Positions 7,052 through 15,186 of a stretch of 26,910 bases of DNA are shown piece by piece (the first letter of the stretch is position 1; every line of letters begins with the position of its first letter). A program made the position numbers and the translations under genes. The DNA is from a virus. The DNA lies in the UHGV virus genome UHGV-0040495. One strand, 5' to 3'. The notes under the pieces were generated by a model. That model made no database searches. It saw only the letters and a list, made by a program, of their open reading frames with translations, and was not told the DNA's origin.

Positions 7052-7751
7052 CAATAATCTCAACGGTTACTGTCTGATAGAACGGCATGTGCAGAAGCCC
7101 GCTATCCATGGCCTGCTTGAAGAATATGGCGAACTCGAAATCCTCGGTGATCACAAAGGCCGTATCCTTCTGGTTGTACTTCCTGGAGTTATAGGCCGAT
7201 GCGTTGTAGATGGCGCTACGCGTGAACCTACGCCGCCCCTTATAGATGGATATCACGATACCGCCATCCACAAACTGAATCGATATACTCCACCGCTGGT
7301 CATTGAGAATGTCAGTGCCATTCACTCCCAACAGGAACCGCAGAATACGCCGCTTTATCCATGGGATGGAGAAATAGAAGCCGTCACCTTTGTAAAAATT
7401 CCAGGTCATGATCCGCTTAAAAAGGTCATCGGAGACAACAACCTGGTTAGACTGGTCAATCACCCGGTACTCATTGAATGCCAGTTGGTTAAATTCGAAA
7501 GTGTTATATGGGCCTATCTCCTGCTGTTCGCTGCTGGAAATCACCGGCGGCAACACGCCATAGATGCCATGGGCAATCCATCTGAGCTGATCTCCGGTGT
7601 TGTAGTCACCGATAAAAATCGGCAGGTTGGCATTAACCATCCAGTCATAAATGCCCTGCGCCATCGAGTTATACGCAGTAAAAAACGCCCGCAGATTGTC
7701 ATCGTCGTTGTATTGCGTATACATATACGACCGGATGATATCGTCCAGCAT
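7047..7751 (-). CDS. Baseplate protein (P2 gpI-like / DUF2612-like position)
   Basis: 234 aa. Lies directly downstream of the J-like baseplate gene with a 1-nt gap. Assignment is by synteny (V-W-J-I-fibre order). The overlapping plus-strand ORF 7089..7802 is rejected. Confidence 0.5.
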   Translation of the reverse strand: MLDDIIRSYMYTQYNDDDNLRAFFTAYNSMAQGIYDWMVNANLPIFIGDYNTGDQLRWIAHGIYGVLPPVISSSEQQEIGPYNTFEFNQLAFNEYRVIDQSNQVVVSDDLFKRIMTWNFYKGDGFYFSIPWIKRRILRFLLGVNGTDILNDQRWSISIQFVDGGIVISIYKGRRRFTRSAIYNASAYNSRKYNQKDTAFVITEDFEFAIFFKQAMDSGLLHMPFYQTVTVEIID

Positions 7752-7752
7752 G

Positions 7753-9171
7753 CTATGCCCCTGTTACGATCACGCCATCCGACGCGATATAAAAATAACT
7801 GAACTTATCGCCGCTGATGATATTCGTCCCGGCATCCGGTGGCGTTATCACACCATTGATGGTGACCACGACGTTTAGAGTGCTGATCAGCCCCATGTCG
7901 ATTGTCGAGTTAATCGCCTGTAAGAATGCGTCTTTCAGGTTGTTAACGTTCAGCGGTTTCCCGGCGAATATGCCGTTCACATACTGAATCGTAGGCGCCG
8001 AGACCAGAGAGGCGACAGTGGCGTCAGTCAGGTAGTTAACGCTTTCGGTACCCCACTGATACGTCACTGTGACGCGCTGCAGCAATGGCGTCACGAACGG
8101 GATCACGTAGTTATCAGGCCAGTCATTCACCGTCACAGTATTGTTTCTGACGTTCGGCGTCACCTCGCCGCCGCCTCCCCAGGTCCCGGATGACGTGGTA
8201 TCAATCCCGATGGAAAAAGTGTGAGGAGACAGTACCGTCACGGTCAGAGGAACGTCATTAATGCCCGTCATCCCGGTAACGCCAGTGATCCGGATAACCT
8301 GGCCGTCAGTGTAGCCATGAGTCAGGTCTGTGCTGACGACGCCAGGATTTGCATTCGTGATCCCCGTTACGTTCAGTGAACACCCTTTCAGCCGGCTGAT
8401 ATCCCCCGCCGACTTATAGAGCGCGCCAGCAATATCGTAAACATCACCGCCTGCGCACATGACTATCCACTTATCCCCGTCCTGAATAACAGAAACCAGG
8501 CGCGCCTGCACGTTATCAAGGCTGGTGAGATGTTGCCGGATAAATCCAGGATATCCCTGAACTGTGGACATCTGAGCCTGCCATACTCGATCACGAAACT
8601 GATAATTCGTTTCCGGGTCAGCACCAGGAGTGCCGGCGATCGGGTTGGTGCAGGTAATGGTGACGTCAGAAGGAAGACTGGTGATTATCTGGTTAACCGT
8701 ATTTGCCGGTACTGCCCAAGTACCGGTCTCCGTTCCTTCGCATGACACACTGGCAGACACACCGGACGAGGAGATTATCGTCGCATCACTAACGGAATAC
8801 GTATGTGTGCCATCAGAAACAATAAAACCTTGTGGGATGACAAACCCAGCCGGGCCGGAAAACTGAATCGGTACCGTGGTAGTGCCAGCAGTTTTCTGGC
8901 CCGGGATACCTGCCTGCTGTGCGAGAAGCTCCAGCATGGCGAGGTTAGCCTTTAACGGACCCACTGAGTTAATCAGATCAACCCTCGCCTGATCGCAGAC
9001 GATAAGTGCGCCGACATCAGTGCTGGCCACGTCTTCAATCAGAGAGCCAGGCAAATCAGTTGTGAGTCCCGGAGATAGCGCAATAGCTTGGGAAACGAGC
9101 TGTGCTCGTAGCTCTTCCGCCGTCAGAGGAACCGGGCCCGCTGACGTATAGCTGACTGGTAAATCGCTCAT
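7753..9171 (-). CDS. Baseplate J-like (gp47/gpJ family) wedge protein
   Basis: 472 aa, a size and position typical for baseplate J. Start overlaps the upstream gene by 4 nt. Confidence 0.6.
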   Translation of the reverse strand: MSDLPVSYTSAGPVPLTAEELRAQLVSQAIALSPGLTTDLPGSLIEDVASTDVGALIVCDQARVDLINSVGPLKANLAMLELLAQQAGIPGQKTAGTTTVPIQFSGPAGFVIPQGFIVSDGTHTYSVSDATIISSSGVSASVSCEGTETGTWAVPANTVNQIITSLPSDVTITCTNPIAGTPGADPETNYQFRDRVWQAQMSTVQGYPGFIRQHLTSLDNVQARLVSVIQDGDKWIVMCAGGDVYDIAGALYKSAGDISRLKGCSLNVTGITNANPGVVSTDLTHGYTDGQVIRITGVTGMTGINDVPLTVTVLSPHTFSIGIDTTSSGTWGGGGEVTPNVRNNTVTVNDWPDNYVIPFVTPLLQRVTVTYQWGTESVNYLTDATVASLVSAPTIQYVNGIFAGKPLNVNNLKDAFLQAINSTIDMGLISTLNVVVTINGVITPPDAGTNIISGDKFSYFYIASDGVIVTGA

Positions 9172-9500
9172 ACGGCCACCTGTGTAATTATTTTTGAACC
9201 TGCATTTGTGATTGCCGAGATGTTATAAACAGGCGGGTCGTCGCTGATCAGCGCAATCTGCAGCGAGGAAAAATACTGGCTGAACTGCTTCTGAATACGG
9301 TTTACGTAATACGTCGGCAGGATTTGCTGGATCACCGACCCGGCGGCCGGGATTCCGTTGTTCGCATAAAATGGCGACTCCTGCGGCGCCAGTTTCAGAT
9401 TCTGGATCAGGGTGGTCAAATACACCGAGTCGTTAAACCCATTTTCGTCGGTTTCCACCAGGACCCACTTCCCCTCAGAGTTTCGGCCATAGGTTCTCAC
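9168..9500 (-). CDS. Small baseplate protein (gpW/gp25-like position)
   Basis: 110 aa, between the spike-like and J-like genes with 4-nt overlaps. Assignment by synteny only. Confidence 0.45.
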   Translation of the reverse strand: MRTYGRNSEGKWVLVETDENGFNDSVYLTTLIQNLKLAPQESPFYANNGIPAAGSVIQQILPTYYVNRIQKQFSQYFSSLQIALISDDPPVYNISAITNAGSKIITQVAV

Positions 9501-10213
9501 TCGGTGATACTCCCGTTATACGTTGAAGTCGGCCCCCCGGTATCATTTCCATCGTTGCCGTTTGAATGCTCATGGCTGTTAAGCCAGGCCAGAAGCGACT
9601 GCCATCCGGCGTGCATGATTGCCGGGCTGGTACTGGCCACTGAATCCTGCAGATGCCCTGCCTCTCCTGAAAGGCTCCATTTGCTACCGGTCAGTGAAAA
9701 AACTGTCCCGCCAACGGTGACGGTGAAGCTGTCAGGTGTGGAAATAGCGATGCTGTCAGGCTTCAGGAGAAACGTCGTGTTGCTGCCGCTGTCGCGCAGC
9801 GTTACACCCTCCGGACCGTATACCGTCACCACCTGCCCGTCGACACCCTGCCACTCGGTATTACTGATCGGCAAAAAAACGAGGGCGCTTAAGTTTGCTG
9901 GCGGAGTCATATCTGCAATGCCGCCTCCCTGACCGCTAACCCCGCCAATGTAAGTATCTGCGGGGATAACAATCCCCTTATCTCCCGGCTGCATAGGGTA
10001 ACGAATATATTGAGGGCCAAATAAGGGGATAGTCACTTGCGGCAAAACATATGGGATATCCCTTAGCTCGAAGGAGACGGTGATCATATTCCCAGTTTGC
10101 TTAACCACGCTCGCCGGAAGAACTTTCCCTGATTTTTGAAGCGCATTTTCAATCTTTCTTTCAGTAAACCTGTTCATGCTTGAGGCAAAATTAAGCTTGT
10201 TGTCGATGCTCAT
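9497..10213 (-). CDS. Baseplate spike/assembly protein (gpV-like position)
   Basis: 238 aa with a Gly/Ser/Thr-rich beta-like C-terminal region. Assignment by synteny only. Confidence 0.4.
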   Translation of the reverse strand: MSIDNKLNFASSMNRFTERKIENALQKSGKVLPASVVKQTGNMITVSFELRDIPYVLPQVTIPLFGPQYIRYPMQPGDKGIVIPADTYIGGVSGQGGGIADMTPPANLSALVFLPISNTEWQGVDGQVVTVYGPEGVTLRDSGSNTTFLLKPDSIAISTPDSFTVTVGGTVFSLTGSKWSLSGEAGHLQDSVASTSPAIMHAGWQSLLAWLNSHEHSNGNDGNDTGGPTSTYNGSITE

Positions 10214-11247
10214 GCACTACCTGCCTTAATGAAAGGGGAAGCCTCAATAATTGTTACCCATGCCTCTGCCGTTGGTTGCCTGCTATTCCCTAACAGGCGA
10301 ACGGAGTTCACAATAAAGTCGCCAGTAAAGGCAGAGTCTTCTCGATACTGAGAGTACGAAGAGGCCTGTATCAACGGAGTGCTTTTTTTAGGCATCAGGA
10401 TGTGATCGCCAACCTGAATATCACCGCGCATTACGCACGCCATGCTGATTGTGTTAAATGCCACCCATGTCGGCTGCCCTATCAAATCCTTGAAATCTAT
10501 TTGGGTTGGGCTGTTGCTTCTGGCTACGGCGCTGGAAACAGAAGTCTTATCCGGGTGGTTATCATAATCGTTATCCCATACCCGGATCTCATTACCATTC
10601 ACTATTGCGATCTCTACACCAGAGTACCCGCTATCGCGAATTCTGGAACGTGAAAAAGCATTAAGGTCCTTGGCCAGGGTGACAATGTCATCACAAAACA
10701 GCCCCCGGTAATGATTAAGGATTAGCCGGTCGCTTATGTTGATATTGAACGTATACCCTCTGATGTTCATAAAACACTGCGTGAGGGCTACAGAAAGCTT
10801 CTGCCCCTCCTTCCAGTCAAAGGTTAAAGGAAGGGGTACGGGTTTGTTATTTGGCACGTTCTGGACAGGACCAACCACGATTATGAAGTCAAGTCGTAAC
10901 TCAATACCCTGCCAGTTACCAAAGACCTGATTTATCACGCCATCCAATACCAGTTTTGGTGCGGTAACCTTGCCAGCCAATGGCAGCCCGTCTTTCATCC
11001 CAAGGAATATTTTAATTTTTTTGCCAAAAAAATTCTGGCGAGCCTGCTGCATTTCTTTTGGGCCAATACCCCAGATGGTCAGGTGAGTTTCGCCCTGGGG
11101 AGTCGATTCACCGTACCTGAGGATATCAAACTCAATCATCAGGGCGCCGGGGTTGTAAACTCCGTTCTTATGGCTACTGTATTTTATCGTTCTTTCCGGA
11201 GAGGCACCTTCAGCAGGAATGGTTATCTCAATATCATAATATCTCAT
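10210..11247 (-). CDS. Baseplate hub / tail protein
   Basis: 345 aa, in the tightly coupled baseplate operon downstream of the tape measure. Assignment by synteny only. Confidence 0.4.
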   Translation of the reverse strand: MRYYDIEITIPAEGASPERTIKYSSHKNGVYNPGALMIEFDILRYGESTPQGETHLTIWGIGPKEMQQARQNFFGKKIKIFLGMKDGLPLAGKVTAPKLVLDGVINQVFGNWQGIELRLDFIIVVGPVQNVPNNKPVPLPLTFDWKEGQKLSVALTQCFMNIRGYTFNINISDRLILNHYRGLFCDDIVTLAKDLNAFSRSRIRDSGYSGVEIAIVNGNEIRVWDNDYDNHPDKTSVSSAVARSNSPTQIDFKDLIGQPTWVAFNTISMACVMRGDIQVGDHILMPKKSTPLIQASSYSQYREDSAFTGDFIVNSVRLLGNSRQPTAEAWVTIIEASPFIKAGSA

Positions 11248-11522
11248 GAACTGTTTACCTCAATCAGTCCATTCTGTTCGCGCCAGTACATGGAGGACGA
11301 ATTAAACACTCCGGAGATAATATTTATTCCACCGTTAAGCTCGGAGCCAACGAGCGGGGTATTTAGAATGGTATTCCCAGAGCCATCTGTAATGAGGACA
11401 TACCACCTCAGCCCGGCAATGTTCCATTTAACCTGGCAGTTATAGACGGTGCCATCAAGGATCGGTGTAAATGTCATGCTTTGACGATCATTGCCGGTAA
11501 ACGGATAATTCTGGGTTGTCAT
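11244..11522 (-). CDS. Small tail/baseplate protein
   Basis: 92 aa ORF with 4-nt overlaps on both sides within the baseplate operon. Confidence 0.4.
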   Translation of the reverse strand: MTTQNYPFTGNDRQSMTFTPILDGTVYNCQVKWNIAGLRWYVLITDGSGNTILNTPLVGSELNGGINIISGVFNSSSMYWREQNGLIEVNSS

Positions 11523-12229
11523 GGCCCTACCCCCAACTTACCCAATAGGCCGGTTATTGCTTCCGATACAGAGCTCCCGAGAGGCGTGTTGCCAAGAGCA
11601 TTGGCGGTATTAGTCCAGGATGGGTCGGTTACCATATCCCCGGCGCCAATCTTGTTTAAAAAATTGTTCACGGCCTGCTCTGCACCATTATCGGTTATCA
11701 GTGGCTGCTCGAAATCCCATATCCATGAACGCTGTGGTAATGGATCGTTACCAGAGGTAATGTCCCTCACTACACGCAAAATGCAGTTGCTATAGATAAC
11801 GGATGGGGTGGCGACGATAAACGTGCCGCCTAAGTTAGAATGCGCCTGAAGGACAGACTGCAAAGCACTCATAGTGACGAGCTTTGTCATCGCCCCGGTG
11901 TTTTCATTGACCGGGGCCTCCATTACCAACGAAACGCGCAAAGGCTGAGCAAGCAAGGCGTTCGCAGCTACTACCTGGTTGGCGAAAGGGTATCTGGCAA
12001 TTTCATAATCAACCATTGTGGCGCCCTGAACCGGTCGCCAGTGGCAGAAATATTTATCCAGATCGGTTAGGTTTATGGCTCCTCCAAGCAGCCCCGTAAC
12101 AAAGCTCGCGCTCTGTGTCAAAGCGACGATCGGGAGCATTCCTCCAGGAATGGCCTGCGCTATCCCTCCGCAAAGTATTACTGGGGATATTTCAAAACCC
12201 AGCTTATACATTTCACGTGTGAATCCCAT
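11519..12229 (-). CDS. Tail protein immediately downstream of the tape measure (DNA-circulation/hub-like position)
   Basis: 236 aa. Its start overlaps the tape-measure stop by 1 nt. Assignment by synteny only. Confidence 0.4.
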   Translation of the reverse strand: MGFTREMYKLGFEISPVILCGGIAQAIPGGMLPIVALTQSASFVTGLLGGAINLTDLDKYFCHWRPVQGATMVDYEIARYPFANQVVAANALLAQPLRVSLVMEAPVNENTGAMTKLVTMSALQSVLQAHSNLGGTFIVATPSVIYSNCILRVVRDITSGNDPLPQRSWIWDFEQPLITDNGAEQAVNNFLNKIGAGDMVTDPSWTNTANALGNTPLGSSVSEAITGLLGKLGVGP

Positions 12230-14046
12230 TACCTCGCCCCCAATTGCGCTGAAGTTACCACTGCATTCCCACCGGTATTGTTATAGATCTGAATGACTGT
12301 GCTCTCAGAAACTCTGCTACCAGCCCCTTCTTTTTGAGATATAGCAGAAATGAGTTTCGCGATAACCTGAGGATCATTGAGATTCAGTTTCTGATTCTCA
12401 TTAAATCCAGTAGTTTTAACCACATGCCGAATATACTCAGCGGTATTATTTTCCTTAGGAGGAGCCCATTTTCTTGCAATATCTCCTACCGTATTTATTC
12501 CTTTAGCGCCATACATTTGAAGTTGCTTTGTCGCCGCCAGTACGCCTTCATCCAGCGTTGGGAAGACGGCAAATTTACCGCTTCTCGTATTCTCGCTGCT
12601 GTATCCTTCAGCCCACCGCAGATTTCCCGGATTATTAAATCGATCTGCAATAGTCCTGTTTCTGTCGGAAGTATTTGCAGGTGTGGGATCAACAGCTTTA
12701 ACGGTTCCATCTTCAAAGAAGCGCCTAACACCCTTGAGCCAGCCCCATACATGCGGGTCATCATTGCTTCCAGGAGTATAGGATTTTCCCGTTTTCGGAT
12801 CGATGATGGTGCTTGGGCTCAACATCGTTGACCCGGATGATATATCCGCAGTAGAGATACTCGCTTTCCCTGTTACCCAATCAATAACCTTGCCAATTAG
12901 ATTTCCCATTTTCTCTACTTTGTCCATAAAGTTGCTTACATCTGTGGAAAATTCAGGAGAAGCGAGGTAATTACCGAATCGCTCAATGCCGCCGGCAAGC
13001 GCATCAATCCACTTGCCGAGTTCGGGGGATTTCAGGACGGTATCGATCGCGCCTGACAGCGCATCAGACAGTTTTCTCAGTTGAGGTGTGAGAGGACCCA
13101 GGCCGCGCACAAACGTGTTTCTGATGCTCTGGCTGCTGTAATCGAGCTGGACGTTAAAATCCTGCCACTGACGCGCCTGCTGGTCGGTAATTTGCAACAT
13201 ACGCGCATCCTGCTGCGCGCGCTTCTCCATGGCGGTGATCTCCTCATCGCTCATGTTTTTGAAGCGGTTCAGGTCGTCCAGCGTAAAGAAGTTTGTCAGG
13301 CCGTGCGCCTGTGCGCCCTGCAGCGTGCTGCCGCTCTGCACGAAAATATCGCGCGCATTACGGATCATCTGCGGGAGCAGTTTGGCAGGGTCCTGGTCGG
13401 GATTGTTAATCCCCATCGCCTGAAACGTCCAGCGCTTCGACAGGTCCATCTGGGAATCGCGGATAGCGCCCAGCGTCCCCGCCGGATTACCCAGCGCTTT
13501 CTGGTAGTTTATGGCGGTGGAATCAAGTGCGCCGATACTCGTCCCAAGCCCGAGAGAAGTAAACCGCTGGGCACCGGTGGTGGCAGCCAGGCGGTTGATG
13601 CCAAACAGGCCGCCAACGCCAAGGACGCCGGTAAATATCCCGACAATACCACCCCAGGACAGAAGGCTGGCCGTCGCTTCCTTGATATGCCCTGCCAGCG
13701 ATTTAGCGTCTTTCGTCGCATCGCTGAGGAAGCCCTTCGCAGATCGGGTGCTTTTGTTGAATTCGTCCTGCTTTTTCTTCGAGTCTTCCAGGTTGGTATT
13801 GAGCCGATCGATACCGCTGTTGATGGTCAGGATGGCCTCGGCCACGGCATTAAACTCCGCGCCTAACTCCTTCGCCTCACCTTTGGCTTTTTCGGTCTGC
13901 TTGCTGCTTTCACCAATACCAACGGCAGCCACTCGCCAGGCTTCCGGTAAATCATCCAGCGCGCTCTGGTACTCGCGAAACCTTTCCATAAACGCGACAA
14001 ACTTGTCGTCATTTACGTCAATGTCGACGATCGACTTAGCTACCAT
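12229..14046 (-). CDS. Tail tape measure protein
   Basis: Track ORF is 12229..14112. I prefer the ATG at 14046..14044 (MVAKSIVDIDV...) because it has AAGAGG 9 nt upstream and the chaperone frameshift product terminates just inside it. About 605 aa; long helical N-terminal region; lies after the chaperone genes as expected. Confidence 0.75.
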   Translation of the reverse strand: MVAKSIVDIDVNDDKFVAFMERFREYQSALDDLPEAWRVAAVGIGESSKQTEKAKGEAKELGAEFNAVAEAILTINSGIDRLNTNLEDSKKKQDEFNKSTRSAKGFLSDATKDAKSLAGHIKEATASLLSWGGIVGIFTGVLGVGGLFGINRLAATTGAQRFTSLGLGTSIGALDSTAINYQKALGNPAGTLGAIRDSQMDLSKRWTFQAMGINNPDQDPAKLLPQMIRNARDIFVQSGSTLQGAQAHGLTNFFTLDDLNRFKNMSDEEITAMEKRAQQDARMLQITDQQARQWQDFNVQLDYSSQSIRNTFVRGLGPLTPQLRKLSDALSGAIDTVLKSPELGKWIDALAGGIERFGNYLASPEFSTDVSNFMDKVEKMGNLIGKVIDWVTGKASISTADISSGSTMLSPSTIIDPKTGKSYTPGSNDDPHVWGWLKGVRRFFEDGTVKAVDPTPANTSDRNRTIADRFNNPGNLRWAEGYSSENTRSGKFAVFPTLDEGVLAATKQLQMYGAKGINTVGDIARKWAPPKENNTAEYIRHVVKTTGFNENQKLNLNDPQVIAKLISAISQKEGAGSRVSESTVIQIYNNTGGNAVVTSAQLGAR

Positions 14047-14742
14047 TGAAGAAACCTCTTTCTTTGAGCGCGGCGAGTAGGTAGCGCTGCCGGTACTGCG
14101 CCGGGCTTGCATACTCCTCGCCGGTGATCTCCCTTATCACCTGCCAGAAGCCCTCATTAGACGCCCAGTCTAAGAGGGTATAAATGACGTTTCCGGCTGG
14201 GCATTCTGGGTCGGGGTATCGGTATCCGGCTTCGACGTCTGCAACGAATCGCGGAACGCCGTACCGCTCGATGAGGTTAGTTGCCCATCGTACATTTTGA
14301 TCACCGTTCCCACGGTCGGCGCGATCAGGTTTGCCTTCTGAATAGCAGAGGAAACCATAAAAAAAACCACTTCGCCTTCGACCTCGCGATACTCATCAGG
14401 GTCGATAATCCCCTGCTTGAATGCCACCTCAAGAGGCGTGGTTTTCCACTGGCCGCCGACGTTATGGATAACGACCGTCAGTCGCTGAATTTCATCAACG
14501 ATGTTCGGACCTGTCCGACCGTTATCGATTTCCGCTTTCAGGCTCTGCCTCAGCATCATCGCGGCGATTCTGGCGGCGCCAAGACCACCCACCTGCGAGA
14601 TGAATTTTGTGAACAGGTTCCCCAGCAGGATGCAGTGTTCTTCCACCACCTCATAGGGGAATGGCGTCACATGCAGGTATACGATCGAGCCGTCTTCGCG
14701 GGTAACGTTGGTGACCAGATTCAGTTTCTTGTCAATTTTCAT
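14036..14742 (-). CDS. Tail assembly chaperone, predicted -1 frameshift product (GT-like, about 235 aa)
   Basis: Slippery T TTT TTT heptamer at 14365..14359 (minus strand). I translated the -1 frame by hand: it is open for 107 codons from the slip site to a TAA at 14038..14036, 8 nt inside the tape-measure gene. The extension reads as ordinary protein (...DWASNEGFWQVIREITGEEYASPAQYRQRYLLAALKERGFFNGS). Confidence 0.5.
14170..14742 (-). CDS. Tail assembly chaperone (G-like, unshifted product)
   Basis: 190 aa, between tail tube and tape measure. Contains the slippery T8 tract at codons 127-128. Confidence 0.6.
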   Translation of the reverse strand: MKIDKKLNLVTNVTREDGSIVYLHVTPFPYEVVEEHCILLGNLFTKFISQVGGLGAARIAAMMLRQSLKAEIDNGRTGPNIVDEIQRLTVVIHNVGGQWKTTPLEVAFKQGIIDPDEYREVEGEVVFFMVSSAIQKANLIAPTVGTVIKMYDGQLTSSSGTAFRDSLQTSKPDTDTPTQNAQPETSFIPS

Positions 14743-14745
14743 GCA

Positions 14746-15183
14746 TTACACCCACATGTTGTCGTTGGTGACCATATAGCCGCTGATGGTTACCACAAAA
14801 GCCGGGTCCATCCCGCTGAAAGCCAGCTCGTTGAAGTTGACCAGATAGCAGTTGAGCAGCGTGATATTGCCGAACGTCGTTGCATCCGGCGTTACCACGA
14901 TTTCACCCAGCGACGTGTCGGTTAAAAAGCGTTGCCGGTAGCTTTCGCCCAGCCCCTGAGTTTTCAGGAGATGCACGGTCAGCGTTACCTGCTGATACGG
15001 CGCCTGGCTGCCGACGGTTCCGGTCATCGTAGGGATGATATCGGTCGCCGGGCCGTCCGGACGCAGGCTAATGCCGTCCTTTGCCAGGTACGACGCCGAG
15101 ACGTTCAGCGCCGGTGTATCCGTGACGGAAAGAGCCCCGCGTACGCGGTTAAGAAAGCCCTGCGGTACTAATGGGTTCGCCAT
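14746..15183 (-). CDS. Tail tube protein
   Basis: 145 aa, immediately downstream of the sheath gene with a 3-nt gap. Typical sheath-tube order. Confidence 0.55.
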   Translation of the reverse strand: MANPLVPQGFLNRVRGALSVTDTPALNVSASYLAKDGISLRPDGPATDIIPTMTGTVGSQAPYQQVTLTVHLLKTQGLGESYRQRFLTDTSLGEIVVTPDATTFGNITLLNCYLVNFNELAFSGMDPAFVVTISGYMVTNDNMWV

Positions 15184-15186
15184 TTT

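Noticed and set aside
7089-7802. Plus-strand ORF of 237 aa overlapping the baseplate gene 7047..7751
   Set aside because: Antisense to a gene that fits the operon synteny and coupling. Arg/His/Pro-rich composition typical of spurious antisense ORFs.
9324-9932. Plus-strand 202-aa ORF within the baseplate operon
   Set aside because: Antisense to two coupled baseplate genes; Arg/Pro-rich; no start context.
13081-14080. Plus-strand ORFs 13081..13866 and 13511..14080 inside the tape-measure gene
   Set aside because: Antisense to the tape-measure coding sequence; Arg/Ala/Leu-rich artefacts of a GC-rich helical protein gene.
14137-14172. Possible stop-codon read-through linking the chaperone and tape measure, which lie in the same frame
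   Set aside because: Hand translation shows a second in-frame stop (TGA at 14139..14137) 11 codons after the TAG, so simple read-through cannot fuse them. The -1 frameshift at the T-tract explains the locus instead.
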